Positions 25,847-35,805 of a stretch of 53,347 nucleotides of DNA are shown here, piece after piece. The stretch lies in contig JBDHDE010000018.1 in NCBI GenBank assembly GCA_039591655.1, positions 1 through 53,347 of the forward strand. The letters are read 5' to 3'. Every line of letters begins with the position of its first letter. The first letter of the stretch is position 1. A program made the translations under genes and the position numbers. The notes beneath the pieces were generated by a model. That model was given only the letters and a program-made list of their open reading frames with translations, searched no databases and had not been told where the DNA came from. This DNA is from Gemmatimonadota bacterium (lineage in GTDB: Bacteria > Gemmatimonadota > Gemmatimonadetes > Gemmatimonadales > GWC2-71-9).

Positions 25847-27198
25847 GACTGCGCCCTCTCTCGACGAGGCATCGGGATGATCTCCTTCACCTCGGTGATC
25901 GAGACGGTGGGGAAGTTCTTCGCAAACAGCAGGAACCACATGAAAAACCACGCGAAGCTACCCGCTAGGATGGCCCACTCGACCCAGGTTGGGGTGTAGT
26001 GGCCCATGGCGTACGGCTCGTACTCATGGGACAGCGACACCACGATGATGACGAACCGCTCGAACCACATGCCCAGGTTGACGAACAACGAGAGCACGAA
26101 CATCGCCGGAATGCTCCGGCGGATCTTCCGGAAGAACAGCAGGACTGGCAGGAACCCGTTGCAGATGATCATGGTCCAGCTGGCCCACCAGTAATCCCCG
26201 AACGCCCGATTCCAGAAGGCATCGCGCTCGAAGGGATTGCCGCTGTACCAGGCCATGAAGTACTCGATCGCGTACGCGTAGCCGACGATGAGCCCGGTGA
26301 GGAGCAAGAGCTTCGCCAGGTTGTCGAAGTGTTCCTCTGTGATGTACCGCTCCATCTTGAACACCTTGCGGAGCGGAACGAGCAGGGTGACCACCATCGC
26401 CACCCCAGAGTAGATGGCGCCCGCCACGAAGTAGGGCGCGAAGATCGTGGCGTGCCAACCCGGCACGATCGCCATCGCGAAGTCCCACGACACCACGCTG
26501 TGCACCGAGAGCACTAGCGGCGTGGCCAGGGCCGCAAGGTAGAGGTACGCCCGTGTGTAGTGCCGCCACTGCTGGTCCGTGCCCCGCCAGCCGAGAGAGG
26601 TCACCTCGTAGAGCTTGCGGCGCCACCCGGTGGCCTTCTCCCGCACCGCCGCCAGGTCGGGTACCAGACCCACGATGAGGAAGAGCGTGCTCACCGTGAA
26701 GTACGTCGATACGGCGAACACGTCCCACAGGAGCGGCGACTTGAAGTTGACCCAGAGCTGGCGCTGGTTGGGATAGGGGAACAGCCAGTAGGAGTACCAG
26801 ATCCGGCCCACATGGATCAGCGGAAACAGCCCAGCCGTCATCACGGCGAACACGGTCATGGCCTCGGCGGTGCGGTACACCGAGGTGCGCCAGGCCGAGC
26901 GGAACAGATAGAGGATCGCCGAGATCAACGTCCCGGAGTGCGCGATGCCGACCCAGAAGACGAAGGTCGTGATGTAGACGCCCCACAGCACCGGCGGCGC
27001 GTACCCCGCCACCCCCAGGCCCCAGCGGATCTGCCACAGCAGTGCGAATACCCCCACCGCCAGCACCACCAGCACGAGACCCAGCAGGACGTAGTACGTC
27101 CGGGACGGGCTTCCCAGCGTCGCCACGACATCCCGCGTGATCTCGTGGTACGTCGGCTGGGTCAGCTGCTGCCGCTCCGGTTGCGCCACGGTCGCCAT
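25843..27198 (-). CDS. actC: Alternative complex III quinol-oxidising subunit ActC (NrfD family)
   Basis: WGVYITTFVFWVGIAHSGTLISA, RTAEAMT, HVGR, SPLLWD, LSVHSVVSWDF, GMWFERF. Confidence 0.92.
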   Translation of the reverse strand: MATVAQPERQQLTQPTYHEITRDVVATLGSPSRTYYVLLGLVLVVLAVGVFALLWQIRWGLGVAGYAPPVLWGVYITTFVFWVGIAHSGTLISAILYLFRSAWRTSVYRTAEAMTVFAVMTAGLFPLIHVGRIWYSYWLFPYPNQRQLWVNFKSPLLWDVFAVSTYFTVSTLFLIVGLVPDLAAVREKATGWRRKLYEVTSLGWRGTDQQWRHYTRAYLYLAALATPLVLSVHSVVSWDFAMAIVPGWHATIFAPYFVAGAIYSGVAMVVTLLVPLRKVFKMERYITEEHFDNLAKLLLLTGLIVGYAYAIEYFMAWYSGNPFERDAFWNRAFGDYWWASWTMIICNGFLPVLLFFRKIRRSIPAMFVLSLFVNLGMWFERFVIIVVSLSHEYEPYAMGHYTPTWVEWAILAGSFAWFFMWFLLFAKNFPTVSITEVKEIIPMPRRERAQS

Positions 27199-27204
27199 GG
27201 GTGA

Positions 27205-30200
27205 CTAGGCCTCCACCACGTTCCGCACCTTCTTGAGGAACGTCACACCCGGCCGGGTGTTCAGGCCGCCGAGCACGTGATAGCCGCGACCATCGTGCGC
27301 CAATCGGGCGACGGCCGATTCCGGGTCGTTGAGGTCGCCGAACACGATGGCCTCCGCCGGGCACGTCTGCTGGCAGGCGGTGAGGATCTCACCGTCCTGG
27401 AGCTCCCGGCCGGCGAGCGCCGCCTCGTTCTGCTTGCCCCGGATCCGCTGCACGCAGAAGGTGCACTTCTCCATCACACCCTTGGCGCGCACGGTCACGT
27501 CGGGATTGAGCAACCAGTGCAACGGGTCAGGGAAGGCGAACGCCGGATCGGTCTCGGCCTGGTGGTCGAACCAGTTGAAGTACCGAACCTTGTAGGGGCA
27601 GTTGTTGGAGCAGTACCGCGTGCCCACACAGCGATTGTACACCTGGGCATTGAGGCCGTCGGGCGTGCGATACGCCGCGAACACCGGGCAGACCGGCTCG
27701 CATGGGGCGTTGCCGCAGTGCTGGCACATCATCGGCAGGAACCGCGACTCCAGGGGCTCGCCTTGCTCTCCGCCCTCGAAGTAGCGCTCGATCCGCAGCC
27801 ACGACATCTCGCGGCCGCGGCGCACCAACTCGGGGCCCACGGTCGGGATGTTGTTCTCCGCGTGGCATGCCGTGACACATGCGCTGCACCCGGTGCAGCG
27901 CGACAGATCCACCGCCATGGCCCAGTGGGGAAGCTCGCCGGCGTAGTCGCCATGCCGCGTGTCGGCGTACTGCGCCTCCTGCACCTCGTCGAGCAGTTGC
28001 TCGATGTGCTGCGGCACTGGGGCGGCGTGCTCCCCGTGCTCGTCGTGCTCGCCGTCGTGCTGTGCCTCGGCCAGCGTCAGAGCCTGCGCGATGCCCCGTC
28101 CGAGCTGGCGCGACTTGCCCTCCGTCTTGGCTAGCCAGCGGTGCTCCCCGGTCTTCCGGATCGCCGCGCCGGCGTAGTGGCTCACGCCCCCGGAGACCGT
28201 CACGTCGGTGGCGAGCAGATCGTACGCGTTGGCGCCCCGACCCTCGGCATAACGTCCGAATGCGGTGTGCCCCTGACCCAGCGGCATCGCCACGACGTCG
28301 CGACGCAGGCCGGGATAGAGATAGGCGGGCGCCTGCACCGCCCCGGCGGAGGTGGAGACCTCAACCACGTCTCCCTCGGCGATCCCGTACTCAGCGGCCG
28401 TTTCGGGGTGGATCTCCACCCAGGTGCCCCACGTCACCTTCGTCACCGGATCCGGTAGCTCCTGGAGCCACGGGCGATTCGCACCACGTCCGTCGTACAG
28501 GGCGGGCGACGGATACGCGATCAGGGTGAGCTGATCCCCTGCCTGCGACCGGGTCGCGATGTCACCCAGATCAGCAGCGGAGCGGGCCAGCCGCGCCCCA
28601 CGGGCAGGAACGTCGCGCCACACGCCGCCGTGCTGCAGCGCATCGGTCCAGAACGCCCTGAACGGCCGCCCGTCGCGCAGTTGCTGCTGCAGCCGGCGCC
28701 ACTGAGCCTGGAGGTGGTCCTCGTAGCTCGCCGCTGAGAGGCGAGCCGCAATGCGGCCTCCCATCTGCTGTGCTACCCGGAGCAGCACGTCGCCGGTCTG
28801 CCGCGTGTCGAACACGGGTTGCATCACCGGCTGCTGTAAGGCGTAGACCCCTACCCGCGGCTCGAAGTCGTTCCACTGCTCCAGCGGATCGTGGTCCGGC
28901 AAGACCAGGTCTGCCTCGACTGCGACTTCGTCCAGGAACCGGGCGAAGCTCACGGTGAAGCCCACCTCTCTCATGGCACCCGCGAAGTCGATCCCCGCGG
29001 GCGCGGCGTGCGCCGGGTTCGCACCGTGGACGAAGAGGACACCGACCCCGCCGTTGCGCATCACGCGGGCGAGCTGCGCGAGGTCGGCGTAGCGCGAGGG
29101 GCCCGTCGCATGGAGCTCGGGGCCGAAATCCACGGTCCGCCCCACGTTGCCGGTCACGTAGTTGAGGATAGCCACCGCGGCCGCAGTGAGGTGCGCCTGC
29201 TCGTGCTGCGCTCCCATCCCGCCGGCAACGGCTACGCTTGGCTGCGCCGCGAACTCCCGAGCCAGGCGCTCGATGGTCTCCACCGCGACACCGGTGCGCT
29301 CGGCCACGGCCCCCGGCGGATGCTCATCGAGCAGGGCCTGAATCCGGAACAGATCCCCCGGCCGTGACGCCAGCCGATCGCTCACGATCTCGTGGGCCAG
29401 GGCGAGGGCCAATAACGACTCCGTGCCGGGTGCCGGCGCGATCCACTCGTCCGCGCTCATCCCGGACATGCTCAGCCGTGGCTCGATGTGGACGTAGCGC
29501 CCCATCCGGCCCTCGCGATACGCGTGGCCCTCGGCGAAGCCGTGGGCTTGCTCCACGGGGCTGAGCCAGGTCTCCAGGAAGTCCGTGCCGAAGGACAGCA
29601 CGTACTGCGCCGCTGCGAAGTCGTAGCGCGGCAGCGCCGGGGTGCCGAACACCAACTCGTTGCCATGCCGCAGCGCCTCGTAGCCGAGCGGCTCGTACAC
29701 GACCCGCGGCCCGGCGCCCAGCACCTGCAGCCACGTGTCGACCAGGCGCCCGAAGGTGCCGGCCTCATTGCCGGTCACGAACCGGATCTGGTCTCCCGAG
29801 GTCTCCCCGATCCGCTCCGTGATGCGCTGGATCGCCTCGTCCCACGAGATGGACTCCAGCTCCCCATCCGCGCCGCGTGCGAGCGGCTGCCGCACCCGAT
29901 CTGGATTGTACAGCCCCTGGAGCGACGCCTGCCCTCGAGCGCACAGCCGGCCTCGGTTGACCGGCTGATCGGGATTGCCCTCCACCTTCACCACGCGCCC
30001 CTCCCGCACCCGGGCGTGCAGCCCGCAGCCGGCGGGACACTCGCGGCAGGTCGTGGCGTACCACGTGGCGATGCCTGGGATCTGATTGTCGGGCGGTACC
30101 AGGTAGGGGATCAGCTTCTCGACGCTGTCGCTCCCGCACGCGGAGAGCGCCGCCGCGCCACCACCGGTGACACCGAGGACCTTGAGGAACCGCCGTCGGT

Positions 30201-30243
30201 TCATCCCGTCGGGTGTAGAGTCGTTGTCCCTGCGATCAGCCAT
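27205..30243 (-). CDS. actB: Alternative complex III subunit ActB (Tat-exported molybdopterin-oxidoreductase-like domain fused to Fe-S domain)
   Basis: Tat motif NRRRFLK; WLQELPDPVTK; Fe-S motifs CTGCSAC..C, CQHCGNAPC..C, RCVGTRYCSNNC, KCTFC, ACQQTC. Confidence 0.9.
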   Translation of the reverse strand: MADRRDNDSTPDGMNRRRFLKVLGVTGGGAAALSACGSDSVEKLIPYLVPPDNQIPGIATWYATTCRECPAGCGLHARVREGRVVKVEGNPDQPVNRGRLCARGQASLQGLYNPDRVRQPLARGADGELESISWDEAIQRITERIGETSGDQIRFVTGNEAGTFGRLVDTWLQVLGAGPRVVYEPLGYEALRHGNELVFGTPALPRYDFAAAQYVLSFGTDFLETWLSPVEQAHGFAEGHAYREGRMGRYVHIEPRLSMSGMSADEWIAPAPGTESLLALALAHEIVSDRLASRPGDLFRIQALLDEHPPGAVAERTGVAVETIERLAREFAAQPSVAVAGGMGAQHEQAHLTAAAVAILNYVTGNVGRTVDFGPELHATGPSRYADLAQLARVMRNGGVGVLFVHGANPAHAAPAGIDFAGAMREVGFTVSFARFLDEVAVEADLVLPDHDPLEQWNDFEPRVGVYALQQPVMQPVFDTRQTGDVLLRVAQQMGGRIAARLSAASYEDHLQAQWRRLQQQLRDGRPFRAFWTDALQHGGVWRDVPARGARLARSAADLGDIATRSQAGDQLTLIAYPSPALYDGRGANRPWLQELPDPVTKVTWGTWVEIHPETAAEYGIAEGDVVEVSTSAGAVQAPAYLYPGLRRDVVAMPLGQGHTAFGRYAEGRGANAYDLLATDVTVSGGVSHYAGAAIRKTGEHRWLAKTEGKSRQLGRGIAQALTLAEAQHDGEHDEHGEHAAPVPQHIEQLLDEVQEAQYADTRHGDYAGELPHWAMAVDLSRCTGCSACVTACHAENNIPTVGPELVRRGREMSWLRIERYFEGGEQGEPLESRFLPMMCQHCGNAPCEPVCPVFAAYRTPDGLNAQVYNRCVGTRYCSNNCPYKVRYFNWFDHQAETDPAFAFPDPLHWLLNPDVTVRAKGVMEKCTFCVQRIRGKQNEAALAGRELQDGEILTACQQTCPAEAIVFGDLNDPESAVARLAHDGRGYHVLGGLNTRPGVTFLKKVRNVVEA

Positions 30244-30285
30244 CCGCCCTCAATATCCGTCGTCCCGGTGCTCGTCGTCGACTTC

Positions 30286-30870
30286 CTAGTAGTGGCACAC
30301 CGTGCAGTCAGTGCTTGCGTCGTTCTCCTCGTGGCACGTCACGCACCACCCCATCTTCAGCGAGGCGAACTGGTAGACCTGCGGCATCTCCTCCACCGGT
30401 CCATGGCAATCCTGGCATTCGAGCTCGGCGTCGGACATCACGTGCCGGTGGTGCGGGAACCGCACGAAGGGCGCGAGCTCGTGGACCTCGACCCACTCGA
30501 TGGGCCGGCGCTCGTTCCAGTAGTCCCGGAGCTGCTGCACCTCCGGGTTCCCCGCGCCGGCGAGGATGTGGCACCCCATGCAGGTGGAAACGGTGGGCAG
30601 CCCCGGACTCGAGCTCACCTCCGCTGAGAAGTGGCAGTACCGGCAGTCCATCTCGTACTGGCCCGCGTGCACGTCGTGCCGATAGAAGATAGGCTGCTTC
30701 GGACCGGGGAGTCCGGCGGTGTCCACGTCCACGGGCGCCTGGAAGCCGGCCATCGCGGCCTCAGCATCCTGATCCTGCCCCTGGGCGGGCCGCGGCGCAT
30801 CGGAGACGATCAACACGAGCAGTGCCACCACGCTCAGCATGCCGATGAGAAGCCAGACGCGTTTTCTCAT
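30286..30870 (-). CDS. actA: Alternative complex III pentaheme cytochrome c ActA
   Basis: Start MRKRVW (GGAG RBS); N-terminal TM; five CxxCH motifs (CRYCH, CMGCH, CQDCH, CVTCH, CTVCHY). Confidence 0.9.
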   Translation of the reverse strand: MRKRVWLLIGMLSVVALLVLIVSDAPRPAQGQDQDAEAAMAGFQAPVDVDTAGLPGPKQPIFYRHDVHAGQYEMDCRYCHFSAEVSSSPGLPTVSTCMGCHILAGAGNPEVQQLRDYWNERRPIEWVEVHELAPFVRFPHHRHVMSDAELECQDCHGPVEEMPQVYQFASLKMGWCVTCHEENDASTDCTVCHY

Positions 30871-31071
30871 GACACTCCGGTGTGAGACACGTGACCGCTC
30901 CGTCCGGTGGCCCCCGCCCCAACGTGCGGAGGGGCACACTTCGATCTTCTCATACTGGCACAGCGATTAGTGACCGGTCGCGGAAGGGTAACGCACGGGT
31001 GTCCGGTCGCGACCGCCGGGTAAGATAACCGACCGGCGGCGCAGCACAACCAGCGACGTAGGGGTAAAAAC

Positions 31072-33042
31072 TCAGCCGTGCAGGGCGCCTGCGGTGATCT
31101 CCCTCATGGTAGGGTCGCGGTCGTTGGCGAGAGCCTCGAGGGCGCTGCGTCCTAACCCATCGGGCAGCGCAGCGAGCGCCCGGGCTGCCGCGTATTGCAC
31201 TGGGCCGCGCTCCAGCCGCAGCATCCGCTTGCGCTCGAACACACGACTCAGAACCGGAACCACGTCCCGAGCCCCGAGCACGCCCAGCGCCTCGGCCGCC
31301 GCAACCTGCTCTTCGGGCTCTCCCTGCTCCAACAGGCGCGCCAACTCGGGAACCGCATCGCGGCGGCGAGACGCCCCCATGGCGCGCAGCGCGGCTACAC
31401 GCACCGTGAGATCGTCGTCCCCCACAAGCTGCCGTCCCATGCGCTCCGCCAGCGTGCCGCCCCGTGACGCGGCGACTTCGGCCGCCACAGCGCGCAATCC
31501 CGCATTGGGGTGCCGCGCCACCTGCGTGAGCCACCGCTCGACCTCCTGCATGGACCGCTCGCTGCCGATGAGGCCCTTGGCAAAGGCCTGCACCACGCTC
31601 ACGCTGGGATCACTCACGAAAGACTCGACATAGCGGTCATCCAGGGCGCCGACCCGATCGGCCAGGGCCACATACTCGGGGCTCTTGTCCCGACGCGCGA
31701 GCTTGATCAGCGCGGCGGTGGCGTGGGGCAGCATCTCAGGAAGCGACTTCTCTACGATGGTCCTGGTCTGGTCGTCCCCGTTGCGCCAGGCAGCTGCGAG
31801 CAGCGTGACCACAGCCTCGTCGCGGCCGAGACGCCGCAGTCCGTTGACCACCGCCTGCTTGAGCCCCAGGTGCTTGTCGTCCAATCGCGTGGCGAACCAA
31901 TCCACGGCCTCCACCAAGGTTCCGGCCTCGTGCCGCTCCGCCGCAGCCTGGGCCTTGGTGACGACCTCCGTCGCCAGGTCGGCATAGCTCGCGAGCCCGT
32001 CGGCCACGAGCAGGGAGTCGTGTGGGTTCTTGTCGAGGCCCGGGGAGATTGGCCCCGGCTCCACCATCACGGTGGTGGCCTCCGAGCCGCGCGGGGCCGC
32101 CATCACTGCCTCCATCTCTCGGGCGAACGCTCCCGCGCTCTGAAACCGCTCCTCCGGCGTCTTGGCCAGGGCGCGAACGACGCAGCCCGCCAGCGCGGGG
32201 CTCAAGTCCGGCCGCTGAGCCGCGAGGTCCGGCACGTCTTCGGTCACGTGCTGCGTGATGATGACCTGCGCGTTGAGACCGCCGAACGGCGGCTCGCCCA
32301 CCAGCATCTCGTAGACCATGACGCCCAGGCTATAGACGTCCGAGCGGGCGTCGAGCTCCCGCTGACCCATCACCTGCTCCGGCGACATGTAGTACGGGGT
32401 ACCGATGAGCACGCCGGATGCGGTGAGGCTCGCGTCCCGCTCCAGCGCCTTGGCTATCCCGAAGTCCATCAACATGGCCCGGTCGCTGGAGAACTCCAGC
32501 AACACGTTCTCAGGCTTGACATCTCGATGGATCACGCCGGCGGCGTGGGCGTGGTCCAGCGCCGCAGCGACGTCCCTCAGCAGCTTGACGGTGTCCTCGG
32601 GGATGAGCCGCCCCTCCCGACCGATGCGCGCCTTCAGGGTCTCCCCGACCACGAGGGGCATTGCGTAGCACGGCGTTGCACCCTCCTCACCCACGAAGTA
32701 GATGGGGAGGATGTTGGGGTGATTGAGGCGCGCCGCCGTCCGGGCCTCTCGGCGAAACCGCGTCGCGGTGTCACGCACCGCAGCCAACTCGGGCAGCAGA
32801 GCCTTGACCGCCAGCTCGCGGTCGAGCTGCTGGTCGTACACCTTGAAGACGACTGCGAACCCGCCCCGGCCGATCTCGTCCCGCACCTTGTAGTTGGGCC
32901 CCAGGGCCCCGGCCACCTGCTGGGCGAGCTCCGAGATGGCCTGGTCGGCCTCGCTTGCCTCCAGCATCTGGCCGCACTCAGGACAGACGAGCGCGTCCTC
33001 GGGTGCCATGCGGCCACACTCCGCACACGGTATCCCAGGCAT
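31072..33042 (-). CDS. Hanks-type Ser/Thr kinase with N-terminal zinc ribbon and C-terminal HEAT repeats
   Basis: CAECG..CPECG; GRGGFA, LAVK, HRDVKPEN, DFG, GTPYYMSPE; HEAT-like repeats (VRVAALRAMG, AAAEALGVLG, AAARALA). Confidence 0.9.
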   Translation of the reverse strand: MPGIPCAECGRMAPEDALVCPECGQMLEASEADQAISELAQQVAGALGPNYKVRDEIGRGGFAVVFKVYDQQLDRELAVKALLPELAAVRDTATRFRREARTAARLNHPNILPIYFVGEEGATPCYAMPLVVGETLKARIGREGRLIPEDTVKLLRDVAAALDHAHAAGVIHRDVKPENVLLEFSSDRAMLMDFGIAKALERDASLTASGVLIGTPYYMSPEQVMGQRELDARSDVYSLGVMVYEMLVGEPPFGGLNAQVIITQHVTEDVPDLAAQRPDLSPALAGCVVRALAKTPEERFQSAGAFAREMEAVMAAPRGSEATTVMVEPGPISPGLDKNPHDSLLVADGLASYADLATEVVTKAQAAAERHEAGTLVEAVDWFATRLDDKHLGLKQAVVNGLRRLGRDEAVVTLLAAAWRNGDDQTRTIVEKSLPEMLPHATAALIKLARRDKSPEYVALADRVGALDDRYVESFVSDPSVSVVQAFAKGLIGSERSMQEVERWLTQVARHPNAGLRAVAAEVAASRGGTLAERMGRQLVGDDDLTVRVAALRAMGASRRRDAVPELARLLEQGEPEEQVAAAEALGVLGARDVVPVLSRVFERKRMLRLERGPVQYAAARALAALPDGLGRSALEALANDRDPTMREITAGALHG

Positions 33043-33087
33043 GCCCGCGAAGTTAAGGCCTTTCGGCTCGGCCGGGGAGGGCGCGCG

Positions 33088-33864
33088 TCACAACTCCCGC
33101 CACCGACCCAGGTTCTGCCCCAGAACGGCCGCCCGCAGCGGGGCGTCATCCAGCAGGTCCAGCTTCGCCACGGCGGCGTCGGGAACCCGCAGCGGCATCC
33201 CGGTGCCCAGGGTGAATCGCTCTGCGCCCACTGTCTCGAGCAAGAGTTCCAGGTGGCCCTCCGGCGGCCCCCAGATCCAGGAGATATCCCACAGAACCCG
33301 ACTCGCTTCCTCCGGCGTGAGCCCGAAGTGCACCTCCTCGATGTACGCCCTATGGGCATTGGTGATCAGCAGGCGCACCTGCGGCTCGGAGCGTGCCAGG
33401 GCGCGCACAGCCCACGGAGGGAACTCGGGCGCAGAATCCGCGAGCTGCCGCTGCCGCTGGTCCTCAAAACGCACGGTGAGGATGACCGGCAGGCCCAGCG
33501 CCGCCGCCGCCGCTACCGCCTCGCGCATCTGCGCCCCGTCGGCGGCTAGATCCTGGTACTGCGGATACATCCGGACCGCCGGCGCACCGGACTCCGTGGC
33601 CCGGGCCAGCTCACTGCGGCAGCCGGGATGGGCCGGGTTGAGGGTGGGGACCGGGATCAGCCGATTGCTGTGGGGCGCTACGAGCCCAACGAGCGCCCTG
33701 TTGTCCCCGGCGGGGTCCTTACTAAGGAATGACGGCAGGTGCCCCACCCAGGCTGCATCGATACCGAGACGGTCCATCTGCCCCAGCAGCCAGTCGGGGG
33801 ATCCGTGCGCCACCGGCCGGAAGGGATACGGCCCCACGAACGCCGAGACGTCAGTGACCGCCAT
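33088..33864 (-). CDS. Amidohydrolase_2 family protein, degenerate (no N-terminal HxH)
   Basis: Start MAVTDVSAFVG; MDRLGID, VRMYP, ERFTLGTGMP, VLGQN TIM-barrel pattern. Confidence 0.75.
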   Translation of the reverse strand: MAVTDVSAFVGPYPFRPVAHGSPDWLLGQMDRLGIDAAWVGHLPSFLSKDPAGDNRALVGLVAPHSNRLIPVPTLNPAHPGCRSELARATESGAPAVRMYPQYQDLAADGAQMREAVAAAAALGLPVILTVRFEDQRQRQLADSAPEFPPWAVRALARSEPQVRLLITNAHRAYIEEVHFGLTPEEASRVLWDISWIWGPPEGHLELLLETVGAERFTLGTGMPLRVPDAAVAKLDLLDDAPLRAAVLGQNLGRWREL

Positions 33865-34657
33865 CGAACACCCCCGGCGGGAAGACCGCGCGGGCATTGC
33901 CGTGACGCACGGCAGCCACCACCTCCCGTCCCAATCCCAGGGACTCCAGATAGCGCAGCTTCCCCCACCCCGTGTCCATTGTCAGGTCGGTTCCCCACAA
34001 CAGGCGCTCGGCCCCGAGAGCCTCCAGGGCCCGGTGCATCATGTCCACGTCCACCCCACTCCCGGAAAGATCCACCCAGATGTTGTCGCACCCCCGCAGT
34101 GCACGCAGTGTGTGCGACCAATCCCCACCCCCACCCAGGTGCGCCAGGATGAACCGGCCTGCAGGATGCCGCTGCGCCAACTCGGCTAGCTCCACGGCGT
34201 CGGAGGCCTCCTGCCCCGGCCAGTCACGGCGCCGGTGCTGCCACACGTGGTGGAGGATGGGGACACCGTGCTCGGCCGCCGCTGCTCCGACAGCGTCGAG
34301 GAGCGGGTCGTTGGCCCGTCGGCTCGCGGCGAGCTTGATCCCGACCATTCCGGCGTCGAGCCGTGCAGCGATCTCCTGCAGTGCGTGGCTGGTGTAGTTG
34401 GGATTGACCACGCAGTAGCCGAACACGAGACCCGGGTGGCTGCGCTGCAGCGCGAGCATCGCGTCGTTGGCGTGGGTGACGTCATCGGGCGAGGGAAAGT
34501 ACGTGGGAGAGCGGTGGCCCCACGTTCCCAGGATCGACGCGACGTGGGCCGTGATCCCGATACGCTCGCCTGCCGCGAGCCGGCGGGCGTTCAGCTCGCG
34601 CCAATCCGCCCTACCCGACCGCTCCGTGAAGAAGTGCGCGTGGACGTCGATCAGCAT
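33851..34657 (-). CDS. Amidohydrolase_2 family metallo-hydrolase/decarboxylase
   Basis: IDVHAH, GIKL, ILHH, LAHLGG, ERLLWGTD, GNA. Confidence 0.85.
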   Translation of the reverse strand: MLIDVHAHFFTERSGRADWRELNARRLAAGERIGITAHVASILGTWGHRSPTYFPSPDDVTHANDAMLALQRSHPGLVFGYCVVNPNYTSHALQEIAARLDAGMVGIKLAASRRANDPLLDAVGAAAAEHGVPILHHVWQHRRRDWPGQEASDAVELAELAQRHPAGRFILAHLGGGGDWSHTLRALRGCDNIWVDLSGSGVDVDMMHRALEALGAERLLWGTDLTMDTGWGKLRYLESLGLGREVVAAVRHGNARAVFPPGVFDGGH

Positions 34658-35805
34658 CGCCCGGCGACCTCGTCGATCGCTCCCTCCAACCGCTCCAGCA
34701 CGCCGGCGACGGTATCGTCACTGTGCGCCAGGGACACGAAGTTGTACGCCGTCCGCTTGAACAGCAGCCCGCGCTGCGCGGCGGCCCGCGCGACGCCGCC
34801 CGACTGCGCTTCCGTGCCGAAGGTGAGATGGCACATCTGGGGCAGGCCGCACACGCCGGTCACAACCCCAGGATACCGGTGCGCCAACTGCTCGAGACCG
34901 CGGAACAGGTGCGTCCCGACCTGCTCCAGATGCTCGATGACTGGCTCGCGCCCGTAGGTGTCCAGCACCGCCGCGGCTGCGGCGAGGCTCACGTACTCCG
35001 TCGCCAGCGTGGAGGACACCCACGTGCGGGTCACGGCATCCATGAGCCCGGCGGGGCCGCCCACGGCGGCGAGGGGAAACCCGTTGCCCAACGCCTTCCC
35101 GACCACCATGAGGTCGGGCGTCACTCCCCAGCGCTCGGCGGCGCCGCCGACGGCGACGCGGAACGCGGTCTTGATCTCGTCGAACACCAGCAGCGCGTCG
35201 TGCCGGGTGGCTGCCTGCCGCAAGGCCTCTAGCCATTCGAGTGACGGCGGACCGTCGATCACCGGTTCGACGACGATGGCAGCCAGAGGACCGAACACCG
35301 CCAGGGCATGGTCCAACGCTTCCGGGTCGTTGAACGGAATCTGGTGCCTCAGCCCGCGCACCGCCTCGGGCACGCCGGGGGCGTCGTGACACCAGTCGTG
35401 CCATCCATGGTAGCCACAGGTTATCACACGCTCCCGTCCCGTTACCACGCGGGCGATGCGCACGGCGGCGGCCACGGCCTCCGCTCCCGTCTTGCAGAAG
35501 CGGACAGCCTCCACGCCGGGCAGCACCGTGGCCAACTGCGTCGCCAGCTCCTGTTCGATCGCCGGAGCGAGAGGGCCGACCGTCCCGGCGCGCACGGCCC
35601 GCTCCGCCGCCAACGTCACCGCGGGATGGGCGTAGCCCAAAGCCACGGCCCCCAGCGCCATTACCGTGTCGACGTACTCCTTGCCGTCCGCGTCCCACAC
35701 GTTGCACCCGTCTGCCCGCACCATGCGGAGGGGCACACCGTCGGCGCTTCCGAACAGCGCCTCGGGCCGCTTGCTGCCGGTGGAGGTGAACCCCGGAATA
35801 GTCAT
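34651..35805 (-). CDS. Class III aminotransferase (glutamate-1-semialdehyde aminomutase-like)
   Basis: Start MTIPGF (ATGA overlap); WDADGKEYVD, LGYAHP, GYHGW, FDEIKTAFR, GKALGNG (PLP Lys), SST. Confidence 0.85.
   Translation of the reverse strand: MTIPGFTSTGSKRPEALFGSADGVPLRMVRADGCNVWDADGKEYVDTVMALGAVALGYAHPAVTLAAERAVRAGTVGPLAPAIEQELATQLATVLPGVEAVRFCKTGAEAVAAAVRIARVVTGRERVITCGYHGWHDWCHDAPGVPEAVRGLRHQIPFNDPEALDHALAVFGPLAAIVVEPVIDGPPSLEWLEALRQAATRHDALLVFDEIKTAFRVAVGGAAERWGVTPDLMVVGKALGNGFPLAAVGGPAGLMDAVTRTWVSSTLATEYVSLAAAAAVLDTYGREPVIEHLEQVGTHLFRGLEQLAHRYPGVVTGVCGLPQMCHLTFGTEAQSGGVARAAAQRGLLFKRTAYNFVSLAHSDDTVAGVLERLEGAIDEVAGRC

Noticed and set aside
30871..31071. Riboswitch or ncRNA in the actA leader (repeated gaccggtcgc / ccggtcgcgacc)
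   Set aside because: Short GC-rich palindromes only; no riboswitch consensus that I can recognise.
31510..34189. Long plus-strand ORFs (679 aa, 431 aa) and similar long antisense ORFs elsewhere (e.g. 19352-20935, 23411-24829, 40406-41860)
   Set aside because: Expected in ~70% GC DNA opposite well-supported genes; no recognisable domains or RBS.
34651..35805. Calling the aminotransferase hemL
   Set aside because: It is shorter than typical HemL, lacks the PGGVNSPVR N-terminal signature (has TSTGSKRP) and has no tetrapyrrole context; left as GSAM-like.
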